Positions 38,401-50,200 of a stretch of DNA of 64,000 nt are shown piece by piece. The notes under the pieces were generated by a model. The model did not search any database and was not told the origin of the DNA. It saw only the letters and a program-made list of their open reading frames with translations. The position numbers and the translations under genes were made by a program. Positions within the stretch are counted from its first letter, which is position 1. Every line of letters begins with the position of its first letter. Source of the stretch: Raillietiella orientalis (lineage: Eukaryota); assembly GCA_036172245.1 (NCBI GenBank), contig JAYWIR010000033.1, positions 1,798,001 to 1,862,000 on the forward strand, given 5' to 3'.

Positions 38401-41400
38401 CACTCCGTCATTAGCGACTAATCACGGAGGTTGAGTAGTCTTCGGTCATTTTCGTAGCCGTGCTGACCGATGTGCTCTAAGGAGTAGCAACCATGGGAAG
38501 TTGTTCCCCCGCGGGAAGCTTCCCCGCGAAAGGAGGTGGAGGTCGGTTTCGAGTGGCAGATGGCAGACCCTCCGAATGCTCCCGACCGCTTGGGACTTCA
38601 AGGACGTCCTGTACGTAGGGGAGCAACTTCCGAGCTCTTCCTCTGTCAGCCTGAAAAGGAGACCCGGCACTTCGGCGAACCGAAGCGAGGCTGATCGGCG
38701 TCCTCCGTTCGCCAGACAGCGGAAAAGATCTTCCCGGTTCTGGACCTCTCTCTCCCGGGGTCGTCAGGATCCTCCGCAGCCCGGAAGTCTTCCCAGGGTC
38801 CCACGGATCCGTCCTTTCCCGTTTCGCTGCGTCACTCTGGATCTGGGCTGCTCTCGCGAACGGTGCTTTCTCTGTTTCTTTCTCGCGTCCGATGACACCC
38901 GAGGTTGTCAGGACCCGCCGCAGTCCGGGAACCACCTCAGGCTCTGGAGCGACCCACGCTGTGAGCTGCGGGAGTCTCGCCTGCTCCTGGAATCTTCCTC
39001 CTCTCCCACGCGAGGCCCTGCCCGCCGGCGGCGTCCGGGAGCCATCCATCCCCCCTTCCCTTCTGACTCCTCGCGCGACCTCTGCCGCCGTCTTCGCCTG
39101 CTTTGCCTCTCCTTTCTTCTTCCTCCCTCCCTCGCCTTGCAAAAGGGAGCGGCGCCGACCGCCGTAGACGTGGCGCGCCTCCACCTCCGAGGCGAGCGGG
39201 GAAAAAGGCTTTCCCGTGCTCCCTGCTTCTCCGGGTGCGTACCCTCTGCCGCGCGGTGCAGGGCGCCGTGGGTGACGTCACCGCGGCGGTCGGCTAGGGT
39301 GCCCTCCCAGCGTAGGAGGAGGCATTTGCGATGGGAGTGGAAGATGCGCAGCGGCGCGCTCAGCCCCGGAATCCTTGCCACGGTGGCCACCCCAGCTCGG
39401 GACGGCACTGCTTCTGCCTGCCCGCATGCCCCGGGCTCGCCGGCTTCGAGCAAACGGTCGAGCCGTATGGATCTCGGCTCTCCTCCCGCCCGTTCGCGTG
39501 GGTGGGATCCTCCGACGGTTGCTATGGAGGCGCCGCTCTCGAGCAAGAATCTCGGGGGGGAGGGGGGCAGGTGGTGGTCCTACACTCTTCGAAAAGCACC
39601 AGCGCTGCCTCTGACCCGGAATCCTGCCCTTCTTTCTCCTTGCCGCTCCCAGGGAGGTTTCGTAGGTCCGTCCCGGTCCACTCGCGGTGCGTTGGAGGAG
39701 GGGCCAGCGATCCCCAGGCAATCCGTCCGCCGTCCTGCCTGTTGCCGGAGTGCGTTCCCGCTGTTCCCACTCGGAGGCACGTGCGCGCCGGTAGTTCCCC
39801 TCAGAATTCCCCCCATGGTTGCCGGTGCTCTCGGCGGCGGTCCCGTTCCTTCCTGCCTCCCCCCGGAATCCTCTCAGCTCCTCGCGATCTTGCAGCTCTC
39901 CGCAGAGACCACGCCACCGCTCTCGTGTGCGCGCGAATGTGTTGTTGTGTGTGCGTGGGAGTGCCTTGCCTGCCTGTGCGCGAAGATCCAACCGCGCGCG
40001 CCGAGAAAACGGCGTTTCCAAGGTGATCCCTGGTCGTTGCGTTCGGAATTGTTTCTGTTGCCACTTACACGTGATTATTAAAAGTGAACGCAGGTTCACC
40101 AACGCGAATCTCAATAGCCTTTAATTATCTTCGATGCCCTACGAATTATCCGGTCACTTCCACCTTTCCTTCTCTCTCTCTCTCTCTCTCTCTCTACCTG
40201 GTCCTCCTCCCTCCTCTCCCCACCGTTACGAGTTAATCCAGAGAAGTGTTCGTGCAGCCGGTTGATTGTCTCCCTCGGGAACGTTTATTGGAAGATAGTC
40301 CTGGGCCTGTAGTTGTGCGTGCGTGCGCGTGTGAAAGGAGGAAAGAGCAAACAGGTCGACTGTTGCAGGCTCCCAGCGTAGGTTGGGAGCGCCGTGGCGT
40401 CGCAGGGAGCGTGGCCTAATTGTATCGATCTGATCTCCTGGCACCGGAGAAACTGGGGACCTCTCTGCCCGCGGAACGGAGGGGGGATGCGCGAGGAGGG
40501 GGGGAGGGCTCGAAGCGCGGTGGCCGCTGTGACGTTGACCGCGATGCTCCCTGCGCATCGGAGGGGAGCGGGCATCCAGGAGCCGAAGCGTGACGGTAGA
40601 GCGAAGTCCCTCTTTTTGCTGCGCACTTGACACACGGTCAGACGCTCATGCGCCTGATGTGTGTGTGTGTGTGTTTTTTTTTTATTTATCCAGTCTGAAA
40701 AGCATGCCAAAGAGAGTGCTCGGCGCGGGGTACAAACTACATGTCAGAGGAGGGAGATGAATTTCTCCCACTCCCCACGCTCGTTCCCCATTTTGCCTCA
40801 TAGTCGGCTGGGTTACTCGTGCGGGGGGAGTGATTGCTCGCAGTGGCCAATTCGATGTTTCCAATGGATCCCTCGAGAGGGCTGCGCCGCTGCCTCTCTC
40901 CATCCCAATGTTTCCATGTTCCTTCACCCATCTGAGGATCTAAGGTTCTTGAGGAGCTTTGCTGGCTGGACCGCGCCTCATAACGAGTGAGTTCTGAGGA
41001 CATTCCTCAGGAGACGAAGAGAGGAGCCGATCCCTCCTTCCCTTTAATGGTGGCCATCGAGGACGACAATCCACTCTTCGTCCTCGGAAGCTGGAGTCCT
41101 CGCGGACGCCTCCATCTCCTGGCGGTGCCCTACAGGCATTTTTCTAAGATCTTCGAAGGGGCTCGTTCTGGAGGCTGCTGGCTGCACATTGGCCTGTCTT
41201 GAGCGATTAAGCACGTGCTGAAGAGACTCCGTTGCTGCACATGCTCCGAGAGTCCGGCAGTGCGCCTCGCATGCCGAGCCACATGCGTGAGATGGCAGTG
41301 AAGCCGCTCGTGATCTCCATTGCGTGGACCATGGCCGGGGGCTCGACGCCGACCAACGCAAGACATGGCTCCCACAGGGTCGGTTTCTCTTCTGCGGAGG

Positions 41401-42251
41401 TCAAGAGAAGCCTTCCCACCTTCACTTGAGCACAGGGAGGAAGCACTGTTGGAAATTGGAACCCGTGCCGGGGGAGAGCAGCTGAAAGCCCGTGGCGCGT
41501 TCGCCGCAAAGGGCAGGGCTCGACGCAGAAGACAGTCTCGTGATGAGCGCGCAGGGCGAGTCCACATTGCTACCCGCAGCGTCCATGCCGTGGACGCGGA
41601 GGGCGTCCTCCAAACAACGGTGAAGCGTTCGGCGGAGGGAAACGGCATTCCAAGACGCTGGTGCGGCGGTGTCCTCGGTGCTTTGGAACCTTCCCGCCGG
41701 CATCTCTCGGGCTTCCGGCGGCGGCTGCAGGGGGAAGCAGAAAATGCCGACACCGCCGGGACTCCTCTCCGCTGCCACCTGGCCGCTTCCGGCGACTCCG
41801 CGCGGGAGTTCAGGAGCTCCCCTTTGAAAATGCAAGGCATGGGACCCCTCTTCCCGCGACGCGCCTGTCCCTCCCTCCCTCCCTCTCTCTCTCTCTCTCT
41901 CCTTTCGCAGGCGCTCCCGGCGCGCGGAAAGAGGTGCGCGTCCCGGAGGAAGTGATTCCCGATCGGATCGCTGGGCGAAACCGAGAGAGAAAGAGGACCT
42001 TCGAATTTCGTTTCTTATCACGTATGACAGTTTTGCGAACTGACAATTTAAGTACAAATTTGGTGGTTGGGGGCAGACAAAAGAATCACTGAAGCCTTGG
42101 AGCAATTATCTTTCGCTTCAGACAGAACAAATGTTTTGAGTGGTGTCTTCTCATGAAAGATCGCTGCGCGAAGGCAAGAAACGCATCTAAGGGCAATAAA
42201 TAGTTGTCAGGTAATGACTCCGCGCGCGATAAATAATCTCGTTCGCCTTAT

Positions 42252-42284
<33 letters not shown>

Positions 42285-44254
42285 CCTCTCTTTTTTTTTT
42301 TGCATTCGCGCTCCGCGGTCGCGAAATGGGGGAACTGAGAGTGGCAACGTTTTTCTAGATTGCGCTGACCCCCCCCCCCCCCCATTTAACCGCAAAGGCA
42401 GGCCAGAAGCGCCGGAATGGGTTTCGGAAAGGCACTGCAGGGATCGATCCGCAGTGCGCGGAGGGAATGGCTTTTAACGTTGATGGCCAGCAGCGTTCCT
42501 TCCCGGAGCAGACGACCAATTTTCTCTGCCGTCTTCCTCCTTCATGGGAATCAATTAATTTGTTTTGGGGGACGCTTTTTTCTTCTTCTTTTTGGTGTTT
42601 TCAATTTTTGCTGCTCCCCCTCTTGGGCGTGGCTTTCAGGCGGCGCGAACCGCGGCTTTCCGAATTCAAATCATCCTGGGAGATGTCATGCCTTGGAACG
42701 GTGGGCCCATCACACGCGTCCGGGCGCTCTCTCGAAGAACCGGCGCGTGGTTCGCGGATCGAAAGCCGGAGGAGGTTGCCTCCCACAATGCCGCCAATAA
42801 ATCTTCTACGAAAGCCGTCTCCCGACTTCTGTTCCAAGTTCCAATTACTTTCATACAGTTTTTTTTTTTTTTTTGTTTTGTTTTTTGTTTTTTTTTTTTT
42901 TCTCTCCCCTCCCCCCCTCCCCGTCTTCCTCCGCTTCCAAACTTTTTATTGCTGTTGGACGATCACGCGTCTCTCCGATTCGGCGAAGGCCCGAGCGGGA
43001 ACGTCCTGCGCAGGGCCGGATGGGCCGTGAGGAAGAAAGCCGAGCTCTGTGCCGAAGCTTTCCGCGTTTGCGTGCTCTCTTGAGCGTGCACGCGTGTTGT
43101 GCCCCCGTGGATAATTGCAGATAATCCCCGTAGCATGTTCCTCTGGAAGGACCGAAAGTTCGCCTTGCCTTTCGGACGGAGGTCGAGGGAAAACTCGTAC
43201 CGGAAGGGGAGCGGGCGAGGGGGGAGGGGAAAGCAACGCAAACGTAAACGGGGTCCCGAGTGTTTCGCGGGGTTTCCGAAGTGGCCAAAGGAACGGCCGA
43301 AGAATGCAGGGCGCGAGAATCCCCCAAGCCCGTCGGCTACTTCTCCCGGCCAACATCCGAGAGAGCTCGCTCGTTCCCCGACCCTCGGAAGGAGGCACCG
43401 GGGTCTCACAAAGAGGAGCGCGCCTTCTCCCGTTTCTTGCTGCTGATGCTGCTGCTTTCAGCCGCACGTCCTCCAGAACTCGAGCAGCTCCTTCTCGCGC
43501 ACGCTGTGATTACGAGCTCTAATCATCTGCTATCTTTTTCTTCTTCTCCCCCCCCCCCTCTTCTTCCTCTTCTTCTTGTTGCGCGAACTCGCACTTTGTA
43601 GCAGCATCGGTCCGTTGCTTAGTTTTCCCCTCTGGCTAAAGCAAAAACCGCTGGAAAAGACAAACTATCAATCTCTGCGTATCAGGGGAAACAAAAAAAA
43701 AAAAAAAAAAGGAAGAGGAAAATCCTATTAATTCTATCGGTGGAATTCCTTCCACTTGGAAACGTTCATGCACGGATAATTTTTAATGCCACCGATCTCT
43801 GTCTCCGTCCGCTGGAGCGCTGTGCAGCCAGCCCGCGAGTACCGAAAGGGTTCTCGGAGCATTCCAGATTAGGTTTTTTATGTCCGCGGATTTGGAAGGG
43901 GAGGTGGGGCGGATGGAAGAAGAAAACACAACAAGGACGGCTCGGGCTTATGGCCTCTCGCGGAGCAGCAGACGTTATTGGCTCTGGGGCTTTCTGGACC
44001 GGCAAGAACAAACGCGTACGAGCAATTTTTTATCATCTCATTTGAGAGCTGACAAACACATTAACATAAACATGAGTAATCCGCGGAGGTTATCAAAAAT
44101 CCCTTCGATTTAATTAGCGGAACTCATCTTCTAGTCGTCTGGACGGTACATTGATTGAAAGGGATGCTGCATTGCCGAGAGAGGTCTTTTTGCATCCTCC
44201 GAAGCTTCGTCCGGGATGCGACTGCTGAATTTGCTCGCCATTTTTTTTTTTTTT

Positions 44255-44285
<31 letters not shown>

Positions 44286-47200
44286 TTCTGTCTCTCTCTC
44301 GCGCGCTCTCCCACACACACACACGCACGCACACGCACATATCCGTCGCTCTTCCCTTTGTTCGGGAATCGGGGAAAAAATCCGTCCGGCGCTGCTGTCT
44401 CGGTGGTCAACTCCGAGGCAAAGAAGTCATCTCGATACGGAGGCGCCACTGCCGCATCGAGGTGACTTCCATCCCCCACTGGTCGCCAGCTGGTGTTTTG
44501 CTTCGTGCTCCCCGCATGCCAACGGAACGTCCTGTCGTCTTCCGTGAAGGAGATGGCAGCGAGTGCGACCCAGCGGAACTCGGAAGGTCTTTGTTTTTTT
44601 CGTGCGTGCGTTTCGTTTTCCACTGGCCGCAAAGGCTGTTCCTACAAACAGGAAGCCATCGGGTCCATGACCATCCTCCTCCATCTCTCTCTCTCCCTCC
44701 CTCTCTCTCTCTCCATCTCTTCGAAAAGCCTGTTTCCCAACGCTCAGCCGCTCTGGATACGAGAAATTCCTTTCACGTTTGACAGCTCTTCCCTGAGGTG
44801 CTCGTCGCAGGCCGTGACATAATAAGCCTCGCTGAAAGCATTTAAAGAGCAATTAATTTCTCGTCCCCACCGCGCAACACTTGCAGAGCGCACTCGCAGC
44901 AGTGTTGGTGGCTGTTGGCGGCTGCTGGACATTCCGGTGGCAGGACGACGACAACCGCGAGGAAGCGGCGGTCGGGTCGGAAGAAAAGGCCGTCGCGCCG
45001 CCCGGCGGAAGCGGATCCAACCCCGATGTGGCTCCGCGTTCCCTCTCGTGCACGGGAGTACACCTCTCGCAAGTAGGTCGCAGTTTCACCCCGAGCGTCA
45101 CCCGAGTTTCACTCCCGGTCGTTTCCCACGTTTCCGGGCGACACTTGTCAGGGGATTCGACCCTCCCCGCTCGAGGGGCCAAACTCCGCCGCTTCCCCGA
45201 GCGTCTCATGCTGGACGAAAAAGCAGAGCCGAATCCTTCCTCCGCTCCCCTCGTGAGGCCAATCTGTGCGCGCCTTCTCGATGGCCTCCTAAGGCCACCC
45301 GAAATTCTCCATCTGCATATTGCGAAAGAAACACGCACAATTTCTTCTTGCGAGTCAGCGCAAAGGAGACCCTGGCGCTCGGGAAAGCGTCCCGGTTGCT
45401 AGGTGGATCCAAGGAAACGGCCTTTGAGCAGCAAAGACCGCATGAAGCAGACCTTGCGGAAGGAGTCTTCGGCGCGCGTCGGTCCCGAATACCCGCGGCC
45501 ACCGTGGCACCGCATCCTCGCAGGCCAGCTGGGCCGCGGGTTCGCGTCGGGAGCTGGCCCTCCACAGCATCCACGCGGTGGGTTGGTTCGGATGACCTAC
45601 AAAGACGTTCAGAAGAAGGGAGAGTTCGAATCCGTTCGTTCGCGAGACCTCTGGCCTCGTGCAAGTGCCAGGCAAGACCCCCCTCGTTGGGCTGGTTAAA
45701 GTGGGACTCCGAAGGGGGCTGTTTGCTCCTCCGGGCAAAACAGTCCAACACGGGGGAACACGCGAAAAGTCCCGCCAGGTCTTTCGTTCCCGGTCCCTCT
45801 TCGCGCGCTTTTCAGCCTTGGGGATTGCCGTCGTCCTTTTCGGGTACATGGATTTTTAATTCTCCCTCTTTCCTTTCCTGCAGACCATCAGATGCACTGT
45901 GCCGGGATGCAGATGCGAGTGCTTTCTGCCGGGAAAGAGGCACATCCGCCAGTGCGAGAGTTGCTGCCACGGATGGGTCATCCATGGTGAGTAAGGAGGG
46001 TGACGCTGCTTCTGTCGTGCGCCGGCAGTCCCCTGTCCTTGAACGCGATGGGAGGAATTTCTGCCGCGCTTCCCTCGCTCCCCCGCACCCGTCTTGGATT
46101 TCAACCCCTTGCTCCGGGCTTTCGGGCCTTCAGACAGGGAGATTCGGAGCGTGTCGGAGGCACCGAAGTCAACCACAAGCGCTCTCTCGGTGGGTCCACG
46201 GGGTGGAAGGAAGCAACCAGCCATCCTGCTGAGCAGGGATTGTCCGGGATCCGATAATCAAGGAGCGAGATCGCGTTGCCAAGGGGTCGCTTCCCTGTCA
46301 TCCCCCGAGCAAGTTATACAAAATGTCCCCCTCCCAATGTTACCCTCGTTGCGCCCGGCTTCCCGGGAAGCACACAAAAAAAAATCTGGACGATCCAGCA
46401 CCCACGTTGAGCAGAGTGCGGGTTCTGCCACTGTCCTTGAGGACTTGGGGCCGTTTCGAACGAACGCTCCTTCCTCGCGTGAAACCCGCGAGGTGGTGGC
46501 AGTGCTCGCATGACCCCAGGCCGCCCTCCTGGACTGTAGCATTTTTCTCCGAATGCGGTGCCTCTCGGAGTTGTGAGCCGCCCACGCAGAGCGCGGGAGG
46601 CTTTTGCACCACTGCAGATTCCTTGGTCACGTAGCAGCAGCGCCGCGCACGTGTCCAAGACAAAAGCTCCTCAATTCCAGGGGATGACAGTGGGCCGCGT
46701 TCCCTAGAATTCAGGAGCGTGAGATGTCACCGTCCTGATGTTCAGGTTGGTATTTCGTGCATAAGAGTGGAATAGTTGAGGGGAAGATGCGGAGGTGGAT
46801 GGGGTCGATAGCTAGGAGTAGGCCGGGCGGCTCTGGAGCGAGCGTATAGGTCAGCCATTGCCGGTGGTGTGTGCGTACGATTCCGGATGGGATTCTTCGG
46901 TGTGGGAGATTCAGTGCAAGCAGACGGCAATTTCCCGTGATTAATTGGATAATTAATCACGGATGAGTGATCCTAAGTTCCAGGACTATGATGTGTTTGA
47001 AGTTACGGGTATGTTATGGGGATGAGGAATGGTGGAGTAGGTGGACCAATATGTTGCCGAAGAGGAAAAGAAAGGGGAAAACCAGGAAGGTGAAGAAGGC
47101 ATTCACAAGAATGAAGACAAGGAATGAAGGAGGAGGAAGGGACAGGGAATGGAAAAGGACTAGGAGGAAAGGGAAGGAAGGAGGTAAGGAGGAGAAAGAA

Positions 47201-50200
47201 TGGGAAAAGCATAGAGCCGGAGATGAACCAAGATGGTGCCTGCCGAACAGGAAAAGGAAGAGGGAAATCAGGATCTATTTTTCTTTTTTCTTTCCAGTAA
47301 GGTTTTCCGTTGTGAAAGAGGCATGGTAATGCAGCCTCCATGTGGTAATCGCGAGTGTTCATAAGAGGTGTGATTTGGGAAATCAGGAACTCATTAACTC
47401 TTGCACCGCACTTCCTCCAGAACATCTCAAATGGAGGCTGCAGTGGGAGTTACGGTTTCAGTGCTTCGGGAATAGCCTGCCTGGGCTTTCACGCTGGTCT
47501 CTCCAGAAACGAAAGGCAACGGACTTAGTGCGCTCTTCAGGGCTTTGGTGACAGCTGAGGACACGCACAGGGTTGCTTGAGGGATCCGTGCTCATCACTC
47601 TGTTAGCAGGATTTGTTGTCTCTTGAACTCTTCTGGAGCAATGTCCATACAGCACCCACCGTGCTCTCCAAGGAAAGAGTTTCCAACTGAACGCCTGCAA
47701 CGTGTCCATCTGCACATGGGAGGCTGGGCAGGGTTCGGCGTGGCGAACACGGTACTTTGGCCTGCTTGACTCCTGAGCCGCAACCCTTCGCTGCTGGGGG
47801 GCTCTGCGGCATTTTCTGAGGACCAACTCTTGCGGGGCTGTCAGCGCTGCAGCGTTCCTATCGAGTTTCGACTCTCTGGGTCCTCTTCTCTTTTGCCTCC
47901 GGATCCCAACAGCCCTCCTTAAGGGTCTGTTAGGCGAGTTCCGCACGCAATGGCCCGACCAGCCGTCTCCTGCAGCACGGGACGAGGTCCATGCTCTCGT
48001 CCACCAGTCCTAGAGGCAGGCCGAGGTGGCAAATGATACGTCTGTAATTGCAGCTCTTTGTTTCCGGTCTTCGGCTTTTAATTTTTATGTTACCGTACGC
48101 GATCCACTCCGCGATGAACTTTTCCCATTAGAAGACCTGCAATTTGACGTTTCGCTGCCTAATTGGGTCTTGCTTAAATGGTGCAGGAGCATCAACAACA
48201 ACAACAACAACAACAGCAACGGCAACAGCAAACCGAAGCGGGCTTCCAGGTTATTCCGAAGGGAAATTTCGAAAAGCAGAGCAATTATTACGTTCTGCAT
48301 TGTACGCGCAAACAAATTAGCTGGGAGGAAGGACCGAAACGATGGCCTTCGCGGTAATAAATTGAAATTTATCTCCCGAACGGATTAGCGATAATCCCCG
48401 AACCGAGCTATCGCTAACCCGCGAAAGCAGCATCCCGGCCTGAATTTCCTGAATCTACCATCTGCTTGCATAGCAGGCACCTCTCTGCACGCAAAGAAGA
48501 CGTATTTGACAGCGCATTCCAACGGGAACTGGCAAATATCCTGCTCTTCGACCCATTGTTCTAGAGCAGCATCTCTGCTCTGTGTCAACAGGATCCCCCG
48601 CGCGGGGAATCTCGGTTCTGTGGTGCGACTCGCCGCGCCTCCGCGGCGGTGGGGAGGCTTCCAGGCAAGATGGCGCGTGTCTTGGTTGGTGCCTGGCTGC
48701 CCTGTGCCGAGGCAGAAGGCTCGGTTTCGCGTGCTCCTACGCGGCGTGCCTCCCTCGCCCGGGTTCGCTTCGGACCGAACCGGGCGCGCGCGCGTGTTGA
48801 GTGAGGAAAGGCAGCGTGTCCTCCGCTGCTGCTTCTTGCAGAGGCGGCGGCTGCGCGGAGCCGCCGCGTCCACAGCAGGGCCACTGCGGAAGGAGGCGCC
48901 CCCGTCCCTTCCGTTCCAGAACGGCGGCGTCTGCGACCCCTCCCCCGCGTCTCCGAGAGAGATCCCCCCGCCCCAACCGCTTTCCCCGCCGGGAGCGTCT
49001 GCTGAGAAGGAGCCGGAGGAAGGCTGCTCGGTGCACCGGGAAAGGGCGGGATTTCGGATCGTCCGCCAGTCGGGAAGACTTTGCTCCGTTCCGTGGATGA
49101 AATGTAGCAGACGCAAGCGGTTATGAGGATTTAAGTCCCTGCATAAATCCCGCTTGTCAGAAATCCTGTTTACGTCCAGGATATTTGATGCGTGCGTCTT
49201 TTGATTGAGGCTGCTATGGCATCATGCTCTGGAGATGATATTTGAAGCTTGCGTTTTCTCCCTGGGGAGACCACGCTTTCGGACATGGGGGTAGCACCCG
49301 TCCCAGAGCCGATGCTAGGAAGCCGCGTGCACCACCCACGCTCTTCAAAGTGCGGGTGCCAGTCGCGCCTTGGGTGCTCCGACGTGGCACCCTGTGATCT
49401 GCTACTCGTTGCAGATGCTGCCTGCTGTTCCGCGAATGCTTGCATCCCTGGAAGAATTGTTCTTCGACGAAGCGATCGAAACTCCCATGCTTTCTCTGGA
49501 CGCCTAGGGATGTGCGTAGGGCAATCCTACGAGCCATCCTTCTCCTCCTTTGCTTCCTTTCCAACCTCATTCCTTTTCGATTCCTCCTCCTCCTTCTCTT
49601 CCGCCTCCATTCCACTTCCACTATTCCTCTTCTTTCATTCTTCATACTCCTTCTTCCCTTCATCCCTTCTTCTCTCGCCTAGTGACAGAGTGGACTCGAG
49701 CGGAGGGCCAGGGCATCCGCTGATGTAGTCCATCTCCGTCACTCCTGCTCAGCATGGTCGCACGGCTCCGCCATGGGGGATCGCGCATAGTCAAAGAACA
49801 GAGGGCAGCGCGTGCGGGATGAAAAAGGAGAAGGAGGAAGGCCACCCTGCGAGGGCGAAAGGCCTCCTTCCCCTTGTCATCTACCCCCTGGACCCCTTTT
49901 TTCGAACGGAGCCGCGCTCCCCCCCCCTTTCATGGTTTCTTCACGGGACGGAATGCGGAAAGAGAGCGGCGTCTCGTGTGGCCTTTGCATCGATACCTCC
50001 TGACCGCGGGACGGGAACGCTGGGGTCTCGTATGCAGGGTCACCAGCGCCGCCGCGGGCGAACGTGACTAACGTTCCCTCGAGCCCTTCTTTCTCCCCAC
50101 CCCTTCGCGGCGGGCGCGCGAGCCGGGGAGGCAGCGACGGGCGCGACGCCCGCACAGACAGCCGGGACCTGCTGACGCCTCGCATGGTCCCACCGAGAGG

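Noticed and set aside
38501..40081. Longest ORF in the track (526 aa, +)
   Set aside because: R/P/S/A-rich with no recognisable domain and no ATG at the called start; overlapping frames are also open. This is expected from high GC content, and the ORF lies in the bnc intron.
45624..45633. GTTCGAATCC Pol III B-box
   Set aside because: No upstream A-box or cloverleaf, so not a tRNA or SINE head.
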